Source: Candidatus Woesearchaeota archaeon (GTDB lineage Archaea; Nanobdellota; Nanobdellia; Pacearchaeales; GW2011-AR1). From it: a DNA stretch of 32,738 bases. The position numbers were made by a program, and so were the translations under genes. This document shows, piece after piece, positions 27,064 through 32,738 of the stretch. The stretch lies in the NCBI GenBank assembly GCA_964600565.1, contig CAZRJS010000004.1, forward strand, positions 1 to 32,738. The letters run 5' to 3'. The notes below the pieces were generated by a model. That model was not told the origin of the DNA and made no database searches. It worked only from the letters and a program-made list of their open reading frames with translations. The stretch's first letter is position 1. Each line of letters starts with the position of its first letter.

Positions 27064-29232
27064 TTACTGATTTTCACTCAAACCTTTTCTATCACGAATT
27101 CTTTTTATAATATTACTCTGAATTCCTGTGGGAACTTTTTCAAACTGCTGGTCAGCTAATGAACTAGAACCTCTTCCTTCAGTAGCACTTCTTAAATCAT
27201 TGCTCCATCCAAGCATTTCTGCAACAGGAAGTTTAGCTTTAAGCTTTGCAATACTTCCTTCTTGCTGAACATCAAGCATCTGTCCTCTTTTGCCTCCAAC
27301 TAACTTTGTTATTGCTCCTAAAAACTTATCAGGCATTTCAATAACATGAATTTGTAATGGTTCAAGTATAACAGGATTTATTCTTAACATAGATTTTTTT
27401 ATTGCTTCTCTAATAGCAGGATAAACCTGTGCAGGTCCTCTGTGAATAGCATCTTCATGCAGTTTAATATCAACTAAAGAAACTTTCATTTTCATACAAG
27501 GTTCTCTTGCTAAAGGGCCCTGGTCCATAACCATCTCAAAAGCATCTAAAATCATTTCAATAACTTCTCCAATATGAACCTCCCCACGAGTTTCATCAAG
27601 AAACATATTTCCTTTGTAAATCTCCCTCACATCCCTTATTTCATCTCCACTCCAACCAAGTTTTGAAAAGGCATCAAAAATAATTTTATTTTTTTTCTTA
27701 ATTCTCCCTTCATTTAAATCCCCTGATTTTATTGCTCCATAAATATTATCTTCAAGAGGTTCAACTGTTATAAAAAAACTATTATGTTTATTAGGGCTTC
27801 TCCCTTCAGATGCAGGTGATTCTTTTGTTACATTTTCTCTATAAACAATAATTGGATTAGAAGTTTTAACTTCAAGTCCTTTTTCAGTTTTAATTCTATT
27901 TTCAATAATTTCTAAATGTAATTCTCCCATTCCAGAAATCAAACTTTCTCCTGTTTGTTCATTAATATTCACTTTAATAGAAGGGTCTTCTTTAGCAATT
28001 TGTTTTAAAATTTCAACAAGCTTAGGTAAATCAGCAGCTTTTGTAACTTCAATAGATTTTGTAACAACAGGCTCAAATAAATGAGTTATAGCCTCAAAAG
28101 GTTCTATTGGCTTTTTACTTATTGTTTCACCAGTAAAAACATCTTTTAATCCAACAATTCCAATAATATTTCCCGCTTTAGCATTTTCAACTACAATTCT
28201 TTGAGAGCCTTTATAAACAGAAACTTGCTGAACTCTCACATTTCTTTTTGCAAGATTCATATAAACTTCATCTCCTTGCTGAATTGTTCCTGAAAAAATT
28301 CTTCCTGAAGCAACTTCTCCTGCATGTTTATCAACAACAATTTTTGTAGGAACAAAGATTGGTTCTCCTTTTGGATCACAATTAATTAAATTTTTTCCTT
28401 CTGAAGAATCTTTATCTCCATGCCATATTCTTGGTATTCTATATTTTTGAGCATCAACAGGATTTGGATGATGTTTAACAGACATAACTAAAACAATTTC
28501 ATGAAGAGGAGCTTTTTCAGCAAGTTCCTTAACTTTATCAGAATTATAAGCGTCAATAACATCCTTAAAAGTTATATTTTTTTCTTTCATATAAGAAAAA
28601 CTTAATGCCCAGTTATGAAAAGCACTTCCAAAAGCAACACTTCCATCACTCACACTAACCCTCCATTTCTTTTTATAACCTTCAGGAGCAATTTGTTCAA
28701 TTAATTCATTAACATGGTCAATAATACTAATAAATTTTGCTTGCATAGCTTCAGGAGTTAGTTTAACTTCTTTGATTAATCTGTCAACTTTATTAATAAA
28801 TAAAACTGGTTTTACTAATTCTTTTAATGCCTGTCTTAATACAGTCTCTGTTTGGGGCATAACCCCTTCCACAGCGCAACACAAAACAACACACCCATCA
28901 ACAGCTCTCATAGCTCTTGTGACATCCCCTCCAAAATCAACATGTCCAGGAGTATCAATTAAATTAATTAAATAATCTTCTCCTGCAATTTTATGAACCA
29001 TAGATACCGAGGCAGAATCAATTGTTATCCCTCTTGAAGATTCATCTTCGTGAAAATCAAGTTTAAGTGCTTTTCCTGCCTCTTCTGCTGAAACCATTCC
29101 TGCACCATAAAGAAGATTATCAGAAAAAGTTGTTTTACCATGATCAATATGCGCAGCAATAGCTATATTTCTTATATTGTCTCTATTTTCCATTAATTTC
29201 CAAATTTTTTTTGTTTTTTCATCTATAGCCAT
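27064..29232 (-). CDS. fusA: Translation elongation factor 2
   Basis: AHIDHGKTT, RGITID, DTPGHVDF, NKVD, GMGELHLE, diphthamide loop HEDAIHRG. Confidence 0.98.
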   Translation of the reverse strand: MAIDEKTKKIWKLMENRDNIRNIAIAAHIDHGKTTFSDNLLYGAGMVSAEEAGKALKLDFHEDESSRGITIDSASVSMVHKIAGEDYLINLIDTPGHVDFGGDVTRAMRAVDGCVVLCCAVEGVMPQTETVLRQALKELVKPVLFINKVDRLIKEVKLTPEAMQAKFISIIDHVNELIEQIAPEGYKKKWRVSVSDGSVAFGSAFHNWALSFSYMKEKNITFKDVIDAYNSDKVKELAEKAPLHEIVLVMSVKHHPNPVDAQKYRIPRIWHGDKDSSEGKNLINCDPKGEPIFVPTKIVVDKHAGEVASGRIFSGTIQQGDEVYMNLAKRNVRVQQVSVYKGSQRIVVENAKAGNIIGIVGLKDVFTGETISKKPIEPFEAITHLFEPVVTKSIEVTKAADLPKLVEILKQIAKEDPSIKVNINEQTGESLISGMGELHLEIIENRIKTEKGLEVKTSNPIIVYRENVTKESPASEGRSPNKHNSFFITVEPLEDNIYGAIKSGDLNEGRIKKKNKIIFDAFSKLGWSGDEIRDVREIYKGNMFLDETRGEVHIGEVIEMILDAFEMVMDQGPLAREPCMKMKVSLVDIKLHEDAIHRGPAQVYPAIREAIKKSMLRINPVILEPLQIHVIEMPDKFLGAITKLVGGKRGQMLDVQQEGSIAKLKAKLPVAEMLGWSNDLRSATEGRGSSSLADQQFEKVPTGIQSNIIKRIRDRKGLSENQ

Positions 29233-29485
29233 TTTTAAATTAAAGAGAATAATTAAGAAAAAGAATTTGGTTTAAAAAGTTTTGGTTGAATTAACTTTAA
29301 TAAATTCTTATAATCTCTAAAGATAAAATTATCTTTATCTTAATATTATTAATTTAAGAAGTAATTCTTTCTTTTGTTTTTCAAAGGATTTTACTTAAAA
29401 TACTATTTTTTTAAATAACAATATAATACTATTTTAATTTTGTTTTTTAAAATAAATTTTTTTATATTCTACTAATCAGATTGAA

Positions 29486-29851
29486 TTATTCTCTCCCAAA
29501 ATACTCTTCGAATGATTCTGATTTTTTATATTTTGTTTTTTCAATCATTTGTTTAACTTCCTTTAACCATTCTTGCATTGAATTGTTTTTTTCTGCATAA
29601 GGCGGTATAGGTGTTGTAACAGGTTTTTCTAATGCAGTCACAACCTTCTTTTCAATTTTGATGATACTTTCTAAAGGAATTTTTGTTCTAAAAATTCTAT
29701 AATTTTTTTTGCTCCCAACTATGCTGAAAAAAGTTGCCCACTCTTTTTTAGTTGAAGACAAAAACTGATTCATAACATAATATTTTTCATGAGGAAGATA
29801 TTCTCCAGTTATTTGATAATCTATCCATTTTTTGAGTTTATCTGCTTCCAT
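29486..29851 (-). CDS. Hypothetical protein
   Basis: ATG 29851 lies about 24 nt below a TTAAAAA box and is preferred over TTG 29872. Confidence 0.6.
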   Translation of the reverse strand: MEADKLKKWIDYQITGEYLPHEKYYVMNQFLSSTKKEWATFFSIVGSKKNYRIFRTKIPLESIIKIEKKVVTALEKPVTTPIPPYAEKNNSMQEWLKEVKQMIEKTKYKKSESFEEYFGRE

Positions 29852-29873
29852 AACCCTTACTGAATATTTCAAG

Positions 29874-29895
29874 TTTTTAAGAATTATTGTGATAA
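29874..29895. repeat. 22-bp direct repeat, copy 1 (promoter-like on the minus strand)
   Basis: TTTTTAAGAATTATTGTGATAA; 21/22 identical to 31988-32009. Confidence 0.7.
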
Positions 29896-29906
29896 ACTTG
29901 CAAAAG

Positions 29907-31238
29907 CTATTCTATTTTTACATTAATATCTTGCTCAGTAATAGCTTGATAACTTTTTTTCATTGTTTGGTAAACTTTAACTTTATCTTCTTTTTTGGAA
30001 ATTATCTCGTCATGTAAGGGGACTCCTAAAATACCTTTGCTATCTAAATCTTGCATAATCTCTCTCATTATCTGACTTTCAACAAACATTACATGATGGG
30101 GTTTATTTGAACTAGAAGTAAAAAATTCCCTTATTCCCGGATTTATTCTCACAAAAGTTTGATAAATTTCCTTTGGAGCAATTCTAGATTCTTTCAACAA
30201 TCTTGATTCTTCCCGATTATTGAAGTTAAATGCTTTTATACAAGAATGCATATTAGGAGTGTTAAATCCTATAATCACCAACTTTTTAATTGCCTTTCTT
30301 ATTTCAGGATTTTCTTTAGCTTTATCTATTTCAGAAAAAGGAAGATAACTAAGATTTTCTAAAACTGGATAATAAGCATCATCTGGATAAGGATTTTTTT
30401 TGTTACATATAAAATAAGATGAATTAACATGCATGCTTGAAAAATCAAGTTCAACAGTTGGTGAGCTATTTATTGTTAAAAGTTTTCTTAACCCAGATTT
30501 TATATTTTGGAAAGAATGACATCTTTGATACATTCTCCCACCACCTTCCTTGCTGAACATTGAAGTCAAAAAAACATTTGTTGCCATAAAATTAATTTTG
30601 CCTTTCTTTGTTTCTTCTCTCAATGCCTCAAAAGACATTGATTCCATAGGAACTATTTTTTCAGGGTCAAATCCTAATTCAATTTGCGAGAAATACTTTT
30701 TATTAAGATATTCAGTTTGGAAAAAAGCTCGCATTAAAACTTCTGAACTTAAAGGAGGTTTAAGTTTTTCCCCAATTTTTTTTATTTTTTCAAAATTAAA
30801 TGGAGCTTTTTCAACAGTTACAGAAGGGTGAGTATCAGGATTTACCTTAAAGGGCTTCAAATTTATCCCTCTAAGAATGCTCTCTAGTTTAGGGGTAGCA
30901 GTTATAATAGAACTTATTCCTTTTTCTTCTCCTCTTCTTGCTCTTTTTCCTATCTCTATCTTCATCAATCCTCTTTCTAACATTTCATCTTGCGCTTTTA
31001 CAGCATAATGTCTTGTATACCATTTAGGACCATTATCCCCCCTAAATGCGAGAATTGTCTCTCTTTTTCTGGAAACAGCAATTTCCTTAAAATACATAAA
31101 ATTACTAATCATTGAATAAATATTCTCGCGAACAGGTTCATCTGCTTTTTTAAAAAAATCTTTAATTATATTTTGTATCTCAGGGTATTTCTCAGAAGAT
31201 ATAAGTTCTAAAAAGTGGGGCAAGGGGTTTTCTTCCAT
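29907..31238 (-). CDS. Family-A/T7-RNAP-related polymerase-like protein (TV-Pol type)
   Basis: GGRMY...FQNI, motif A VELDFSSMH, motif B RKAIKKLVIIGFN, ESQIM, motif C PLHDEI. Confidence 0.7.
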   Translation of the reverse strand: MEENPLPHFLELISSEKYPEIQNIIKDFFKKADEPVRENIYSMISNFMYFKEIAVSRKRETILAFRGDNGPKWYTRHYAVKAQDEMLERGLMKIEIGKRARRGEEKGISSIITATPKLESILRGINLKPFKVNPDTHPSVTVEKAPFNFEKIKKIGEKLKPPLSSEVLMRAFFQTEYLNKKYFSQIELGFDPEKIVPMESMSFEALREETKKGKINFMATNVFLTSMFSKEGGGRMYQRCHSFQNIKSGLRKLLTINSSPTVELDFSSMHVNSSYFICNKKNPYPDDAYYPVLENLSYLPFSEIDKAKENPEIRKAIKKLVIIGFNTPNMHSCIKAFNFNNREESRLLKESRIAPKEIYQTFVRINPGIREFFTSSSNKPHHVMFVESQIMREIMQDLDSKGILGVPLHDEIISKKEDKVKVYQTMKKSYQAITEQDINVKIE

Positions 31239-31303
31239 ATATTTTTTGTTAATATATTTTATAAAGAATATTGTGTTATAATAAATATGTAATTCAGAAT
31301 ACT

Positions 31304-31966
31304 TTAGATTTCTTTTAATCTTCCAGAAGAAATTAGTTCAATACCTATTGATTGCAAAAAATTAAGATGCCTTTTAGCATCTTGAATTTTATTTTTATAA
31401 CCATTAGTTCCATCACTTATTTCATTTTCAATAACTTTTTCAAGAATTTCTCTATTTAATTTTTTTTTATCTATTTCTGCACCTTTTTTTGAGATATATC
31501 CTAGAGCATCTAAAGCTCTTCCAGCAAAACAATCATCAGAAACTGCACCATAAGCTTGTTCTGCAATTTTTTCTAAATCAAATTGAACTTTAAATTCATT
31601 TTCATAAAATCTTAATAATTTATCTCCATAATTAACAACAGATTGATTCCCAATATTTTTAATTTCTTCAGTATCAATTTTAAGCTTATATTTTTTAAGA
31701 GTTTTTTTCAAAATAAATGCCCCCACTTCATAAGATTCTAAATGCATTAATTTTTTGTAAGCTAAGTCAAGTAAGGGATCAATAAGTGTTGGATTTTTTT
31801 TAGATAATTTATTGATTTTATCCAGAGAATTAATCACTTGTTTCTTTCTATAATTATCTTCAAAACTATTAACAGAATTTATATTTTCAAGGGCATCTCT
31901 TATCTCAGGGCCTCCTGTTTCAGTTTGATATTTATCTAAAGCTTTTTCAATAAGATTTTTTTCCAT
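31304..31966 (-). CDS. Hypothetical helical protein
   Basis: ATG 31966 lies below a TTTAAAAA box and is preferred over TTG 31984. Confidence 0.65.
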   Translation of the reverse strand: MEKNLIEKALDKYQTETGGPEIRDALENINSVNSFEDNYRKKQVINSLDKINKLSKKNPTLIDPLLDLAYKKLMHLESYEVGAFILKKTLKKYKLKIDTEEIKNIGNQSVVNYGDKLLRFYENEFKVQFDLEKIAEQAYGAVSDDCFAGRALDALGYISKKGAEIDKKKLNREILEKVIENEISDGTNGYKNKIQDAKRHLNFLQSIGIELISSGRLKEI

Positions 31967-31987
31967 AATAAATGAAGATTGCAATTA

Positions 31988-32009
31988 TTTTTAAAAATTA
32001 TTGTGATAA
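31988..32009. repeat. 22-bp direct repeat, copy 2
   Basis: TTTTTAAAAATTATTGTGATAA, immediately after the rps7 stop codon. Confidence 0.7.
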
Positions 32010-32011
32010 TT

Positions 32012-32737
32012 TTATCTTGCAGAATCAGCCTGAGCTTCACTTTCTTTTTTCTTTTTTATTGCAAAACTTTCACCATTTTGTTCAGAAGCCATAATTATCT
32101 CTTCAGAAATAGCTTGTGTCAAACTCTTTTTTTTATTAAATGCTTTATCTGATGCTCCCTGAGTAAGCCATCTTAAAGCAAGATTAACTCTCCTTATTGG
32201 AGAAATATCAATTGCTTGAGGGTATTTTGCACCACCATATTCAATTGTTGTAACCTCATCTTTTGGGGAGGAATTTTCAACTGCTTTAACTAAAACAGCA
32301 ACAGGATTTTTGTTAGTTTTTTTCTCAATTAATTTAAGGGCATTAAGAACCATCTGGGCATTTTTTGTAAATTTCCCTGTTGAATGTCCTAAAATAATTC
32401 TGTGTTTTTTCCCTCTGTGTCCTGCAACACCAACTCTGTTTATTAATCTCTCAACAATATTAACTTTTGTTTGCCCATATTTTTCAACATTTCTTCCTTG
32501 GGTTTTTAACATTAGCTTTGGCTTAAGATTAATTGCTGACTTAAGCCCTTTATCTTCCACTTCAATTTCTGATAAATCATATAAATCAAATATTTTAAAA
32601 TCAGAAACTTTTTGTGTTGTTTTGTTTAAAGTTTCTGTTCCAGAAATTTCTTTTGAAGATTGTGATTTGTTAGAAATTTCCTCATCAGAAACTTTTTGTG
32701 TTGTTTTGTTTAAAGTTTCTGTTCCAGAAATTTCTTT
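32012..32737 (-). CDS. rps7: 30S ribosomal protein S7 (uS7); true start lies beyond the window
   Basis: IVERLIN, NPVAVLVKAVENSSP, AIDISPIRRVNLALRW, EAQADSAR. The frame stays open upstream of 32560 through FKIFDLYDLSEIEVED to the window end. Confidence 0.95.
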   Translation of the reverse strand, partial: KEISGTETLNKTTQKVSDEEISNKSQSSKEISGTETLNKTTQKVSDFKIFDLYDLSEIEVEDKGLKSAINLKPKLMLKTQGRNVEKYGQTKVNIVERLINRVGVAGHRGKKHRIILGHSTGKFTKNAQMVLNALKLIEKKTNKNPVAVLVKAVENSSPKDEVTTIEYGGAKYPQAIDISPIRRVNLALRWLTQGASDKAFNKKKSLTQAISEEIIMASEQNGESFAIKKKKESEAQADSAR

Positions 32738-32738
32738 T
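32600..32738. repeat. 84-bp-period in-frame repeat with internal palindromes in the rps7 5' region
   Basis: 32600-32654 is identical to 32684-32738 (55 bp). Each copy contains the inverted repeat CAGAAACTTT...AAAGTTTCTG. Confidence 0.92.

Noticed and set aside
15422-29340. Short AT-rich palindromes (GAAAATCTAAGATTTTC near 15422; AAAGATAAAATTATCTTT near 29318)
   Set aside because: Expected by chance at this base composition, with no second supporting copy.
1777-30831. Short ORF-track entries overlapping longer genes (e.g. 1777-1995, 3115-3336, 3762-3980, 7257-7586, 11332-11538, 14307-14711, 20584-20787, 26546-26824, 28772-28975, 30550-30831)
   Set aside because: Antisense or alternate-frame shadows of well-supported genes, with Phe/Leu/Ser-rich composition and no motifs.

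Overview
AT-rich archaeal DNA, most consistent with a reduced-genome DPANN lineage such as Pacearchaeota/Woesearchaeota (inferred from archaeal EF-1a, EF-2, uS7, DnaG, TrmB, a tandem Lrp regulator and TATA-type promoters). Left end: an integrated element at the 3' end of tRNA-Ser(GGA), carrying a tyrosine integrase, a putative wHTH regulator, a zinc-rich HUH rolling-circle Rep and a Zn-ribbon gene. Next are rnhB and a candidate peptide-modification (RiPP-like) locus: a divergent double-Lrp regulator, two near-identical 73-aa ORFs in a 240-bp tandem duplication, and a radical SAM enzyme. Then come an Smc-head ATPase whose hinge appears replaced by a central CPLC zinc hook, two RelE-type toxin-antitoxin pairs, a surface protein, endonuclease IV, DnaG, a Na+/solute symporter with TrmB, uppP and an XPD/DinG-type helicase. 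The rps7-fusA-tuf cluster is split by orphan genes, including a family-A/T7-like (TV-Pol-type) polymerase in a block flanked by a 22-bp direct repeat. uS7 has an in-frame palindromic N-terminal repeat at the window end. All family calls come from motif recognition by eye, not database searches.
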